From Hypanus sabinus (Eukaryota): a DNA stretch of 64,000 bases. The position numbers and the translations under genes are program-made. Below, piece by piece: positions 1-14,039 of the stretch. Where the stretch lies: the NCBI RefSeq assembly GCF_030144855.1, contig NC_082721.1:28148001-28212000 (forward strand), read 5' to 3'. How positions within the stretch are numbered: position 1 is the stretch's first letter; the number at the start of each line of letters is the position of its first letter. The notes under the pieces are model-generated. The model saw only the letters and a program-made list of their open reading frames with translations. It did not search any database and was not told the origin of the DNA.

Positions 1-1610
1 GCCCAGTCCCTATACATTTCTACTCCCCTCATCAAAAAGGCCATAAAGTTCTCCACTTCTTTCTCACTAAAGGAACCAACCAGTTCCCCTCCACCACCAT
101 ACTCCTCCATCTGGCAGAACTAGTCGTTTGGCTCCTCCCACTTTCTCCAACTCGAGGGGTCATCGTGGGCCCCGTTATGCCTGCCTTTTCATTAGCTGGG
201 TAGAACAGTCCATGTTCCAAGCCTTCCCCGGTAATGTGCCCCAACTCTACATTGACGACTGCATTGATGCTGCTTCATGCTGAGTTCAGCAATTTCACCA
301 ACTTTGCCTCCAACTTCCATCCTGCCCTTAAATTCGCTTGGCCTGACACCTCCCTCCCCTTTCTCAATCCCTTTGTCTCCATCTCTGGAGAAAAACTGTT
401 GACTGACATTTTTTGTAAACCTACTGATTTCCTACGGTTAGCCGAACTAAACCTCTTCCCACCCTGTCTCCTGTAAAAATGCGATTCCCTTTTCTCAGTT
501 CCTTCATCTCCGCTGCATCTGTTTCTAGGATGAGACTCTCCTGTCCAGGACATCATAGATGGCCTCCTTCTTCACAGATCAAGGCATCCCTTCCTCCACA
601 ATTGATGCTGCCCTCACCCACATTTCCTGGACATCCGCACTCACCTCATCTTCCCACCACCTTAACAGTGACAGAGTTCCTCTTGTCCTTACCTACCACC
701 ACATCTAACACATCAATCTCCACAACTTCCACCATCTCCAAAGGGATCCTACCACTAAACACATCTTTACCTCACCCACCCCCCACTCTCCATTTTCCAC
801 AGGGGTCATTCCCTCCAACATTCCCGTGTCCATTCATCCCTCCCCTCGAATCTTCCTTCCGGCACTAATCCCTGCAAACAGCCGAAGAGCTACACTTGCC
901 CATTCACCTTCCCCTTCACCTCCTCAAACAGTATTTCCAGGTGAGGCAACACTTCACCTGTGAATCTGCCGGGGTCATCCATTGTACCTGACACTCTCAA
1001 AGTGGCTTCCTCTACATTGGTGAGACCAGTCTTAAATCGGGGACCGTTTCATCGAGCAGCTCCGCTCCATCCACCAAAAGTGGAACTTCCCGGTGGCCCA
1101 ACATTTTAATTCTGATTCCATTCCCATTGTGACATGTTGGTCTATAACTTCCTCTTGTGCCACGATGAATCCAGGCTGGAAGAGCAACTTCTTATATTCC
1201 CTCTGGATAGCTTCCAACCTGATGGCATGTACAGTATATCAATTTCCCCTTCTTTAATAAAAACACCCTCCTCCTCCCCTCTTCTTCTATTCCCCACTCT
1301 GGCCCCTTACTTCTTCTCACCTCCCTCTGGCGTCCTGTTTCCTTCCCTTTTTCCTATGGCCTACTCTCCTCTCCTATCAAATTCCTTCATTTCCAGCTCT
1401 TCAATCCACCTGACTTCACCTACAACCTTCTAGCTATCCCTCCTCCCCTCTCTTCCCCTTTTTATTCTGGCATCTTCCCCCTTCCTTTCCAGTCCTGAAG
1501 AAGGGTCCTGCCCCGAAATGTTGACTATTTGTGCATTTCATGGATAAGGCCTGAGCTGCTGTTGCTCCAGCCATTTGTATTGCTTTAGGTTTCCAGCACC
1601 TTCAGACATC
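1..1610 (+). mobile_element. Degraded Penelope-like element (RT C-terminus, GIY-YIG region and terminal repeat)
   Basis: Colinear with the copy at 52205-53482 (caccctgtctcctgtaaaaatgc, caggtgaggcaacacttcacctg, tacattggtgagacc); ends in the CTGAAGA...GAAA terminal module. Confidence 0.8.
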
Positions 1611-4600
1611 TTCAGCACCTTCCAACATGTTATTGATTGAACTGTTTCGTATTTACCCTGTTGATTAATGCTGCAGGAAGTCTGATGGAAGTGAGATGTA
1701 GCATAACAGAATGAAGGAATAAGAAAAGTGCTGAGTGATTATGCACCCTTGATTCAGCACTAAGACTGATACTGTTGTGGATGCCTTGGTTAAGATCACA
1801 AGTTGCTCACCATTATGTAGCAGAGATAGGTGAAGATACATTTCATTAGCAGCCAAGGTTAGAAGTCAGTGTTCCTTATGGCTGACAAAGGCAAAGCCTT
1901 TTGCCATGTACGGTGCTTAATACTATTCCCCGAACTTCTCGGCATCAATCCACGATGAAGATCCCACCCATTTTGCCCTTTGATGGGAAAAATCCACACA
2001 GAGCAGCTCTTTGGCCTCTGGACGTGAGAGGCAGAGAGCCAAGAATCCCTTTGTAGTTACCACAACCTTTCTTGAAAATTGTCATGATTATAGTATCTCT
2101 GATGTACCTGATATTCTCCTCATGTTCGTCCCCCTCCTCGCCTTCCTAGACAATGCGAGTAATGCTGTGAGCTTATCATGGAAGTTCCTCCACCAAGTTT
2201 TAGAACTACAGCAGAGGTACTGGCTGCTCCTGGAACCTTGCTGCTCTTTGTGAGCATCCGGCCTTTCTCTCCTTTTTTGTTGGTCTTGGGTGCCGGAGAG
2301 CCTGGCTGCAGGATGGAATGAAGGGCAGAGTCAAGGTTTTCCTTCTAGCAAGCACTAAGTTGTTCTCTGTTTACTCTGTTCTTGGCCCTCAGTTGCGAAG
2401 ATGACCTGGATAGCACTGGGAAATTCACACACAGTTAGTGCTTCGTTTGCAAGGTGGTAAAAGCATCAGCTTAAAGCTTGGGTGTTTTGTACCATCAGGG
2501 AGGAGGTTCAAGAAAAGCTACTTCCCTTCAACTATTTGGTTCTTGAACCAACTGGCAAAACCCTATCACTACCACTTTGCAATACTTTGATCACTTTACA
2601 CTAATATTCACTTTTTTGCTCTAATTGTGGTCTTTCAGTAAAATAGTATATAATTTATGATTAATGTATATATTTTCTAGTTAATACTGCTTATATAAAT
2701 TATGTGCCTCTGATGTTACAAGCAAGGCTTTCATTGGTCTTATGCAACGAACTCCACGTGATTTACAGTAACTTGACTTGACCTGAAGCCTTCGGAGTGG
2801 CTGTTGCACCCACGACCTTCTGACTCAGAGGCAAAAGGCCAATCACTGTCATGAGGCTGTGCAACACCTACGTGGCTGTCGGGAATGCTGCATGTTTGCT
2901 CACAGCAAACATGATTGCAGGTTTATGGGACAGTCCTTAGCAACTAAGCAACCAACACTCTGGATCTCTCCCCAAACCTACAGGTGATGGAAAGGATTTG
3001 TAATGTTAGGGGGGTGAGTCAGTCACCACAACTTGGCACAAATGTTGCCAAAGTCTTGCCATATGTAGACATGGGACAGATTCAAAGATTCAACATGCAA
3101 AGCACCTTTAATATCAAATGATATATAAATTATACACCTTGAGATTTGTTTGCTTACAAGCAGCCACAAAGCAAGAAACTCGAAGAACCCAATTTTAAAA
3201 AAGGAAGACCGTAACCACTGTGCAGGAAAAGAGGGACAATATACACACATCCCGTAAACCATAGGAGCAGACAACAGCATCTCAAACCAGACTGAGTCCT
3301 TAAATCGGCTCCCTGGAGCTACTGGAGTTGTAGACCCAAGACTCGATCTCAGTTCATCGTATTAGCAGGAGAAAATGCCGCGAAACTCATAGAGATGCCA
3401 GCTGCTTGATCTGTTCACAGCCTCCGCGCCGGGAGAGCGAGCGAAATCATTCCAACCCTCACCCCTCCTCTGGTCCCGACACTCAGGCTTTCCATTCTAG
3501 CTGGACCAGCGTTTAAATTGTCTGAGCACCGGGTCGTGCCTCGCTCAAGGGCCCGGAGCCCGGCGCAGCGATATGCTTGGGCGGCACAGCCTGAAGCCAT
3601 TCTCAATCTCAGCGGAACAATCCAACCTCATGTACCAATTCATTTTCTGACGAGCAGTAAATAGAATTAAACATCAAGCAATCATCACTGGTACCCAGTT
3701 CTGACCTTATAACGGAAAGGAGTCAGTGATGAAGCATCTGAAGTTAGCTGGGCATCAGACGCATCTTGAGGGAGGGATAATTGACCTCCAACAGCCACAA
3801 CAATGTCCATTATAGAGCCATTGAAGTGTTATCCCCTTAATACCTATTGACTTCCGTTTTGCCAGGGCTCCTTGAGTACACTCAATGTAACACAGCTTGC
3901 TGTCCATGATAGTCAGTCTCATTTCACCTCTGGAATTCAGCTCTGACTGACAGAGATATAACTATTGTATTGATGTAGTAGCTGGTTCAATCCTTATCCA
4001 GGGGCAAATGTGACTCCTGGCTCATCAATTAGATTGTCTATTAACTAACAAACTTCTGAAAGGGACACTCAATGCAGCAGTTAACATAGGAATGCAAAGT
4101 AATGGAAGAGACACGTTTATCAAGTTTGGTCTCCAGCTGGATAGTTGGAAGTCAGGGTCTGTGGAGCTGAAGGCCTCCTTTCCCAATAATCCAGTTTCTC
4201 AGCTTGACCTACGAAATACTTCTGTGGTTTTTCTTCACTCTCTTCTCTCCTGGATCCTTGACATCAGTGACTAACTCCTGGGTGCATCAAAGAGCTTGAG
4301 CCTATTCCTGCCAGGCATTGACCAAAAACCCCTGGGAGATCACTCTTTACCCAAAAGTTACCCAGCAATGCTTGAGCAACACACACAGAATGCTGGAGGA
4401 TCTCAGCAGGCCAGGCAGCATCGATGGAAAAGAGTACAATCAACGTTTCAGGCCAAAACCCTTTGGCAGGACTGGAGAAAAAAAGCAGTGCTTGAGGGAG
4501 GTTTTTGGATCTTGCCCCCCCTCTATCTGCAACTTCTTCTTTATCTACCACATTCAAAGTTTTTAACACTCCTCCAGTTTTGCTCCCTGATCACTCCTCC

Positions 4601-4832
4601 CACCCTTCACTCCACCATGGGCCTCTCTGCCTTTGGTAGCTGGACTCAGAACTGTGAATATCGAAACAAAACTGCCGATGCTGCTTAATAGAGCAAAAAT
4701 ATCAGAGGAACTCAGAGGGTCCAGCAGCATCAATGGAGACAAGGGGGCGTGCAATGTTTCAGGTTGAGGTACTGAATTGGGACCAAGAGCCCAGAGGGAA
4801 GATTGCCAGTGTCAACACGTGTGAGGGACAGG

Positions 4833-5145
4833 AGGCAGTATGACATAGCAGCATTTAGTGTCATCGCTTTATAATCCCAGTGACCACCAATCCTGATTCA
4901 ATTCCCTTGGTTGTCTGTAAGAAGTTTGTCCGTTCCTCCCGAGAACGGGTGCTCTGGTTTCCTCCCACATTACAAAGACGTACAGTAAGGGTTCGTAAGC
5001 TGTGGGTGTGTTATGTTGGTGCCAGAAGTGTAGCAACAAACTTGCAGTCTGCCCAGTGCTTGCTGATTCGATTTGATGCAGATGATACTTTTCACTCGAC
5101 GGTTCAATGTTTTGATGATCTTGTGACAAATGGAGCTAATCCAAG
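4833..5145 (+). mobile_element. tRNA-derived V-SINE
   Basis: V-domain gggtgctctggtttcctcccacattacaaagacg, a tRNA-like head and a LINE-derived tail. Related copies on the minus strand near 13750-13940 and 41480-41700. Confidence 0.65.
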
Positions 5146-5159
5146 TTTCAGGGTTGTTT

Positions 5160-6345
5160 AATGCCATTTTAAATACATAAGATAGCTTATATGCACAGAT
5201 TCATTGTATGTCTATAAAATGACACTGGTCTGTACATGAGGTGATTCTGATGGGGAATGATACAGTAGTGGTGGTGGGTTAGTGGATTGAGCTGTTGATC
5301 AGCCTTACTGCTTGGGGGAAGTACTGGTTTTGAGTCTGGTGGATGTGGTGTGGATACTATGTAGAATCCTCCCTGATGGAACAGGTAGACAAGCAAGGTG
5401 AGTGAGAATCTTCATAATGTCGGTGGTGTTTTTCCAGCACCTTTCTGTACGTCTGCCCTTTGTGGCTGGTAGGCTGGTGCTGCTGATGCATGGGGCAGCA
5501 TGTTAGAATGTCCTCTACTGCACAATTGTAGAATGCCAAGTATAGATGTGCATAGTCCAGCTTTCTTCAGCCTCCTCAGAAAGTAGGCGCCTTGGTGAGT
5601 GATGCACCATCAATAACTCACTCTGAGACGTAAAGGCGAGATATCAGCTTTTATTGACTGGAAGAAGGAACAAGCAGTGAGTGACCACCATACTACATCC
5701 TGGAGACTGAGAGGCCGTGCTCAGGCCTCAATCGCCTTTATACCGGGGTCTGTGGGAGGAGCCACAGGAGCAGTCAGCGGGGGGGCGTGTCCAGACAGGT
5801 ATATGTACTTCATCACAGTGAGCTATCATGATTGCGTAGGATGTGTTCTGGGACCACGAGGGGTTGTAGGTGATGTGCACTCTCTGGAGTTTGAAACAGC
5901 TCAGTTTCCACGCTGTGCCACTGATATAGAGAGAGGTGTGAATAGTGCAAGTTCTCCTGAAGTTGCTTTGAGGAAGTGGTTAATTGCCTAACCCCAGGCC
6001 TGAGTTCCTGCAAGCTGTCTCGTCATTGTTGGTGATGAGCCCCACCACTCTTGTGTCATCAGTGAACTTGACAAGGTGATTACTCGGGTGTTTGGTCATG
6101 TGTGAGCAGAGTGTACAGCAATGGGCGCAGCGCACAGACCTGGGGGGCACCCGTGTTGAGGATGACGGGAAAGGAAGAGCAGATGTGCATCCCGACTATC
6201 TGACGGCTGTTGGTTAGGAAGCCCACCACCCAGTTGAATAATGGTGTGATAAGACCAAGGAATAGGAGTTTGTTCTCCTAGGTCTGTGGGACAATGGTGC
6301 TGAATGCTGAACTGAAATCCAAAAACAGCACTCTAGCATAATGTT
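5160..6345 (-). mobile_element. Rex1/Babar-type LINE RT fragment, interrupted by a solo LTR
   Basis: Minus-strand YARVLFLDFSSAF (about 6340-6302) and VKFTDDT (about 6070). Confidence 0.75.
5600..5817 (-). mobile_element. Solo LTR, copy 1
   Basis: TG...CA termini; TATAAA then AATAAA on the minus strand; 5-bp TSD GTGAG (5595-5599 and 5818-5822); closely similar to 35243-35444. Confidence 0.85.
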
Positions 6346-7489
6346 TAAGAGGTAGAATCAGGTGAGATTGGAAATTAAAAGACTATAAGACATAGGAGCA
6401 GAATTAGTCCATTTGGCCCATCAAGTTTGCTCTGCTATTCAATCATAGCTGATTTATTTTCCTTCTTAACCCCATTTTCCTGTCTTATCCCCATAAATAT
6501 TATGACAAAGAACCTATCAAGCTCCAAATAAAATATAAGCAATGACTTGACCTCCACAGGTCTGGGGCAATGAATTCCACGGATTCACCACCCTCTGGCA
6601 AAAGAAATGCCTCCTCATCTCTGTCCTGAAGGGACGTCCCTCTGTTCTGAGGCCCTCTGGTCCCGGCCCCCCCATCGGAAACATCCTCCCCACTATCTAG
6701 GCCTGATGGGCAGACAGAGCCAAGGAGGGGGCTGAGAAGGGTGGGTTTGGGGACAGAGACTGAAAGATGGTAAGTGACATCATGCCTACATCAGTGAGAC
6801 AAAATGTATACAACCATTTTGTGGCTCATCTGAGCTATCCACTACTTGAGCTTCTGGTTATATGTCATTTCAGTTTCCCTTCAATTCCCGCAACTTGTCT
6901 GTCCTCAGCCTTCTCCACTACCACAGTGTGCTCGGACGGTATCACACCCCCGTACCCCTAGCCTGTGTGGTAGAACTTTCCTTCACCCCTTCCCCCACTG
7001 TTCCCTCTAAGCTATGCAGGTGCCCGGCCGTTCGGCAGATGTAATACTCCCACGCACGTAGCCTTTGTTGCTGAGCAGTTATATCTTTTATATATCATGT
7101 GCCATGCAGTTTTCAGCCCGTGTAAATATTTTCTGCTCAGAGCAATGGTTTGTTCAGGCAGCTGTAAAAAAAAATAGAAGGAATATTATGTTCCACCCCC
7201 CCCCCCCCACCACCTTAAACCAACATGTCTCCTGGCCATTATCCACTATATACTGGATCCACTAGCTCCCTTTTCTCTCATCACTTTATGCCGTCTATCT
7301 TCCCTCCGCACTCCCGGTCCTGATGCAGGATCTCGGCCCAAAACTTGACTCCACAAGTGCTGCTCGACCTGCTGATTTGCTCCTTCCTGCACAGAGCTGT
7401 AGATCTGAAGTAAAATGCTGGAAAAACGCAACGGGTCGGACAGCATCTGTGAAGAAAGAGACAGTTAATGCTTCGAGTGCCCGCACACC

Positions 7490-7899
7490 CAGTGGATTGG
7501 CCTTGTTGGGAAGAAGGGATATGGCTTTAAAAAATAACAAGAGCATTTTTTTGCAGTGTTATCTCTCCGATTGGTGGAGGCACGAGCTCCTCCTCCTTTT
7601 CCCTATTGGTCAAATGTGTCTGATTGCCCCAGTAATTCGCTAGTTTCATACAGAAACAAGCTCTGTCGGCCTTTAGGGGAAGGTGGAAATTAAAGAGAGA
7701 TTTCAGCGAGAGACGGGGAGATTTGGGGGTTATTTGATCGCAATACAACACTGCTGGCACTTCATCCGAACAATATTTGGCATGAAGTTGCCATTGTAAA
7801 GAGTCTGGCCCCAGAGAAAGCAGGAGATAAAAGAACAGATTGCTCAACAGGCGGCCCTGGCCTGAAATTTGGGCTAATTTCCTCATTTTTTAAGTAAAC
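7490..7899 (+). promoter_or_regulatory. Promoter and 5'UTR of exon 1a
   Basis: Inverted CCAAT boxes (ATTGG) at 7496, 7570 and 7605; CACGAG at 7581; raised CpG density running into the exon. Confidence 0.5.
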
Positions 7900-8158
7900 A
7901 TGAAAGTGGGAAAGATCAGAAGGTTCCTGCTGGTCACAGACAGGATGGAGGACGCGGTGTTCACCAGGGGTCAGCCCGTTTCTGGCCGAGTGATCCTCGA
8001 CCTCCGCGCTGCGGTCCGGGTCCGCTCGCTCCTGATCTGTGCAAAGGGGATAGCTGCGGTCCACTGGCTGGAGAGCCGGAGTATCGGCATGAACACTGTT
8101 TACTCCGATTACAGCTCGTACGAAACCTACTTCAAGAAGCGGCTGCATGCAATCCGAG
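7900..8158 (+). CDS. ARRDC2: ARRDC2 alternative first coding exon 1a (arrestin N-domain, first part)
   Basis: ATG in AAACATG context. Encodes MKVGKIRRFLLV...SGRVILDL...GIAAVHWLESRSIGMNTVYSDYSSYETYFKKRLHAIR, ending G|gtgagc (phase 1), compatible with exon 2. Homologous to exon 1b, and resembles the alternative N-terminus I recall for a mammalian ARRDC2 isoform (HWLEGRSVGVNAVSSDY). Confidence 0.88.
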
Positions 8159-11100
8159 GTGAGCCTGATTCATGCTCTGGATACGGGGGACAACTGGCAG
8201 TGTGTGGGGCTGTGTGTCAGAGAGAGAATCTCTTCGTGTCGTGACCGTATTGAGTGACCAGGTATGCCCTGTGTGGAATATAGATGCCGGAGCCACTTAA
8301 TCTGAGTGCATCCGAGAGTCGGGCTATTTATCCTGACGCATGCACTTTGAATTTGCCGAGGTAGGCAATCAACCGGGAAACGATCGGCATCTCCTTGGGT
8401 TGTTGTGTTTAATGAAAACTGTAATCATACTAACGGTCCTTCACTAAATCTGTTACCTTCGTTGATAAGTCGGTTTTCTCAAAACATTTTTTAAAAACGC
8501 GTATTAGGTTAAAGGTTGTCTGTTTTGGTGCTGAATCTTGCTCTTGACATTCCCTATGTTGACAGCTGGTAACAACAAGGCTGGCGAATGCAATGTGTGC
8601 AAAGACACGTCTGCACCCGAACACGCTGCTCAGGGCTTTTCTATGGTCTCCCGTCTCCTCGTTACCGAACAACCGACACCAGCAACGCAATTTATTGTGA
8701 TGATACAGTTCCTTTTAAACTTCACTGTGTCTGACAGGAAAAAAGTGCCCAGTGTATGTACGAGGGACAGTCCCCTCTAAACAACAGTGCATATCTTCTG
8801 TTTTGGGGGCGTTACCAAGCACAAATTAATTCCTACCCAACTACTTTGACTATAGGAAGTGCTGTCTGCTCTATCCTAACAGGTTAGGAGCCCTCACACT
8901 GTTACAAGCACGGAGGTGTGCACAGGTACATTCGGAACAACACACTTTTCACACTTGTTGAAAGAATGCTTGAAAATAGTTAAACTTTCTCCTTCATGGT
9001 GTGACTGGCACTGGCGCCCCCCACCCCTTTCAGATGAATCCTGTAGCCGGTGGCCACTCTCTGTGTGCAGCCGTCCAGTCTGCACTTCAAGGCTGAGCAC
9101 TGTCCGGCCCCTCTCGTCGGCGCTGCAGATTCAGTTTCAGTGCTCGGAGTCAGAGCTCTGATCTCGGTATCCAGGAGGAAGCTACACTGTCAGCACATGC
9201 CGCTCACGGGAATTCTGGATTTACAATGGCATCTAGTGTCGGCTGTGATGTGGGGTCGCACTCTCGCCTCTTGCCTAAGGTGCTGGGCACGGCCCCCTAC
9301 TGAGATAGCACCGAAACTCAGGCTGTCTCTCTGTGCAGTCCCGAGGAAGTTTGTAACCCTTGACTTACTTTTGATGTAAAGGAGGCCATCCAGCCCTCTG
9401 GGTCTATGACAGCTCTCATCAGTCCCATTTCCACTCCCTATTTTCCAAAATCCCCATTTCTTTGTTCTGCTTCCCCTTGGATTATTTTTGCCCCTCGCTT
9501 ATTTGGGATAATTCTTAACAGCGGCCGATTAGCTTGCAATTCTTTGGTAGGTGGGAGGGAAGTGAGGCACCTGGGGAAACCTGCCCAGCCTGCAGACTCT
9601 ATACAGGTAGCGCCTGAGCCACTGGGAGGTAGTGGGGCAGCAGGGTTGAATGTGTTAACACAGCTCTCCTAAGTCATGCTGAGATGTTGAAATACCTCTC
9701 TGGAGTGAGAGATTAGAGAGCTCGCCTCTGCTGGATATGGAAGGTGTTATGGCCACTACACATGTAAGAACGAGTCTCACAGCCCATGCTCCCCTCCCCT
9801 CCCCATGCCCCAGGTAAGCATCTGTGGATGCTGGCTGTGGTAGTTCCTGCATCAGGACGATCATTACAGTCCAGTTGATTGCACAGCGCATTGGGATGTC
9901 TTGGAGCTGCAGAAAACACTGTCAAAACTAAATGACAGAGGCTGCTGATGGAGCGTCTCCTGGTTTGCTGATGACTTTCACCAGACAAGATGTACTCTGT
10001 CCGCAGACATGGCCAAGTTAGTATTTAGTTTCACAACTTCAGGACATCTCAAATAAGAATAATCATGGCCCCTGTAGTGGGTCAAGATGAATCAAATCCT
10101 GAGGGTTATTTCAAATTAAATCCACACCGTGGATATCCTCTCACTTTGATGGATATTCCTTCTATAAAATCAAGTTATTACCCGATTTCTCCTCCTTCCC
10201 TTCCATTTATTCCTCCCCTGAGCCCCTGGAGCTGTTTTCTACATTAAAGGAGCTCGACAATGCAAGTTTCTGTTGTTGAGGTCTTTGTTTTTCGGCTACA
10301 CAATCTGAGGGGCACGGAGGGTGGGTATTGGCACCAGGCTGAGAAGCGAGTGCTTGCAACCTGGGAAATGCAGTGCCCTCCAACTTCGCCGTCCTGGAAT
10401 GTGGTCCCGGTGGATGCTGCCACTGCCTGTGGAGTGTGGATCAGTGAGATCTACTCCGACTTGCGACCTATGTCACCAGCTCTGCTCCCTGTGGGCTGTG
10501 TCTAATCCCATGGCAGGTGCTTGCCCCAGCCCCTGATCATTGGGAAGCTTTCTGCATCTCATGTGGATGCTCAGAGCTCAACAGATCTTCCTAATGTTCC
10601 ATTTGTAAATTAATAACCTCTCCAATAACTTTTTGCCCAGGACTTGTTCCACAAAATTATGAGATTAATCCCAGAAAGCTATTTGACCTATTAAGGCTCT
10701 ATGTACATATATCCCATCCCTGTGCACTTTCCAGAGAGTCCTGCAAGTAATTTTCTCTTGAATGCCTGCCCATTTGCATACTGAATCAAAACCAAATAGC
10801 TTATCGCTGACTTTAATGACGTGACTTTTCTTTTGCTTTGTGGACATCAGTCCAGTGTTGTAAATTACATTAAAAATAAAGAATGCAAAAGAATGGAACA
10901 ATCAGATAGTATTCATGGACTGTTCAGAAAGCTGAGGACACTGAGTGAGTGTAAGAGAGCTGAAATTAGATCAGTAAATCCGAGTTGCTGAATAAAAACC
11001 TATGCTGGAGTCCCCAGGGCAGACCAGTCCCTGCAGAGCCAGCAACTCTTTAGTTTGCCTTTCTTTGCCTGCCGTCACTGGTTTAGATTACATGGAATGT

Positions 11101-13184
11101 AGAAATGATGCATTACTGCTTATCTCAGATACCAGAGCAATGGGTTCAGGCTCCATTTGTGCCTGTGTGTTTATCTGTCCCTGAGAGCCTAGGGCGAGGG
11201 AGGAGGGAAGACAGTGGTTTGTTCTCCATTGCCATCTGCTGGATGGTGCCTGACGCCTACAGAGACGCAAATACAGATAGAAAACCATTCACGACGCTTG
11301 ATCATAAGGCTGGCCGATGGGAACATTGCATCAGTATCCGCCTTGTGCTCGGACGCTCGTGATTAATTTGATCCACGAAAGTGAAATTTCTAGTACATCT
11401 TGATCTCAATGTGGTTATGTAGATCTCTCAGTGAGAGTCAGGATTTTGATGGCTGCCGGCCACAGGAGGTTTTGGGTAAAGAATTCACAATGAATATATC
11501 CCTTGACATCAGTACGTTGTCCACTAGTGAGCACTTTGGATGTGCAGGCACTGTTGAAATATGGCAGCAAAACTGCACACAGCAAGACTCCACAATAATT
11601 ATAATCAGGTGATAATAATGGCCAGATAATAAGCTTTGATCATGCTAGCTGAAAAATACCTATTGGTTCAGGGGAAATCCAATCTTTTCAAAACAATGGC
11701 TCTGGGATTATTTACAGTGAACTAACAAATTCAATTATTTGTTTGAAAGTTAATGAAGCAATCATGCCAATCCTTCATCTGAAGGATCATAGAGTAATAT
11801 TTTCATAAAAAAATAGGTCAGACTATTTTTGGTCGATTTTTGAGCAGGGGTGATTGTGAATAATGATTTTGTTTGTCAGCGCACATTTTTCTTGCTAGTT
11901 TCATTTATTTTTCAAAAAAAAGCTTTACATCCTTCTCTTGAGGATGTACAAATCAGAGGTCAGAACCATAACTGTAAGCTTGGCCTGAAGGCCACTGTCT
12001 CATTCCTGCCGAAGGGTCTCGGCCTGAAACGTCGTCTGTACTTTTTCCCATAGATGCTGCATGGCCTGCTGAGTTCCTCCAGCATTTTGTGTGTGCAGCT
12101 TGGAGTTCCAGCATCTGCAGAACTTCTCGTTTGTCTCATTCCTGTCTCTGCGAAACATTATTAGGTGTAATGCCATATGAAGGGTTTCGTTAGGGTAAAT
12201 GCAAGCAGGACTTTTCCTCTGGGTTTGGGGGAAACTAGAATTGGAGGTCATAGGTTAAGGGTGAAAGGTGACATATTTAAGGGGGACTTCTTCACTCAGA
12301 GAGTGGTGAGAGTGTGGAACAAGCTACCAGCAGAAGTGGTGCATGTAAGTTTGATTTCGACACTGAAGAGAAATTTGGTTAAGTACCTAGATGTGAGTGG
12401 TGTGAAGGACCATGTGCCAGGTGTGGGTTAGTGGGGCCAGGCAGAACAATATCTCAGCATGGACGAGATGTGCTGAAGGGCCTTTATCTGTGCTGTTATG
12501 CTCCAGTACTCGATGAGAGTGCATAGAACACACACAGTTCGTGCAGAGGCCGAGCACTAAAATTCATAAGCATAGGGTAGGGCAGTAAATGTCACATTCC
12601 ACTGGAATTGCTTTCCCCTGCTACCCTGCTCAGTTCCTGCTATTGCCGGCCTCTCTCCGAGGTTCCCACTGACTGGCAGCCCCTACCCCACATAGCCTGA
12701 GCTCACTCTGCACATGGCTGGACGCTCTATCTTACTGCCGAAACTGCTCGTCCACCAGTCAGCATTGCGGGAGCAGAAAATTCCACCAACTTATTAGCAG
12801 AAGATAAGACGTCACCCTCTGTTCTTCCCCATTGTACGCGCTGTTCCCTGGCTGTTGAATCCATCCATCTCTTGCACCTCTCCTTGGCTAAACCGTTGTT
12901 TACAAATTGCATCATAATTGGCCCGAGGATGTTGAAAATGTTGATTTGACAGGATTCCCACATTTTCTTCCCAACATGGCTTCTACAAGTCATTGTTACA
13001 GCTGAATGTCACCGCTCCTCACAACTTCTGTTGTCTATCCCATAGAGCTGAGCTCATCTGACATTACTGCTGACATCAGCAATTGCTGCTTATTGTTCTG
13101 TGGTTTGACACCTCTGCTGGCTCACACGGCATCTTAATGGCAGCTTCTGTCACCATTTTAAAATGTATCTGTCTATCTGTCCCT

Positions 13185-13720
13185 ATAGAACATAGAAATC
13201 TACAGCACCTTCGGCCCACAATGTTGTGCTGACCACATAACCTACTCTGGAGACTGCCTACAATTTCCCTACTGCATAGCCCTCTGCTTTTCCAAGCTCC
13301 ATGTACCTATCTAAGTCTCTTAAAAGACCCTATTGTATCCCCTTCCACCACCGTCACTGGCAGCCCATCCCACGCACTCACCACTCTGTGTGAAAAACTT
13401 AACCCTGACATCCCCTCGTCTAAGCACCTTAAAACTATGCCCCCTCGTGTTAGCCATTTCAGCCCTGGGAAAAAGCCTCTGGCTATCCACACAATCAATG
13501 CCCCTCAATCATCTTTTACACCTCTATCAGGTCACCTCTCATCCTCCATCACTCAAGGGGAAAAGGCCAAGTACACGCAACCTATTCTCATATGGTACGC
13601 CCTCCAATCCAGGCAACATCCTTGTAGATCTCCTCTGCACTCTCTCTTTTCACATCCTTCCTGTAGTGAGGTGACCAGAACTGAACATGGTATTCCAAGT
13701 GGGGTCTGACCAAGGCCATG
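13185..13720 (-). mobile_element. CR1-type LINE 3' fragment
   Basis: MRGIDCVDSQRLFPRAEMANTRGHSFKV and FSHRVVSAWDGLP, typical of the CR1 ORF2 C-terminus. Confidence 0.85.
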
Positions 13721-14039
13721 GTACAATTGCTGTAATTTCCCCAGTCTTCTCATTGTCCTGCCTTCCCATTGTATCATACAGCCCGGCCACGGGCCCTTGC
13801 GACCCAACAACACTCGAGTGACCCTTGCGCCTTTGGGAGCCTGGAGGAAGCCCACGTTGTCGCGGGGAGGGCGGATAGACAGCGGCAGGATTGGACCCGG
13901 GTCACTGGCGCTGTAACAGCGTTACGCTACAATGCCGCAGGCATTCTTCAGCCCGTTTTCACTTCCAACCATGTTTCCCCAGCCCTCAGTCTGTCTCTGG
14001 CCCTAGTTCCCCGTGTGGCTCGGGGGTGGGATTTAATTA

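Noticed and set aside
2107-2406. Minus-strand exon-like segment with branch point and acceptor
   Set aside because: Stops in all three frames and no recognisable protein.
7560-7600. Full ChoRE (two E-boxes spaced by 5 nt)
   Set aside because: Only one CACGAG half-site here, and likewise at 28751.
7900-8244. Exon 1a as a separate ARRDC paralogue or a 114-aa single-exon gene
   Set aside because: Homology stops at the gtgagc donor, and I found no other arrestin exons before 29163; it fits exon 2 in phase.
12727-13160. Minus-strand ORFs ending at a gtaaga donor-like site
   Set aside because: Frames interrupted by stops, no acceptor, no recognisable homology.
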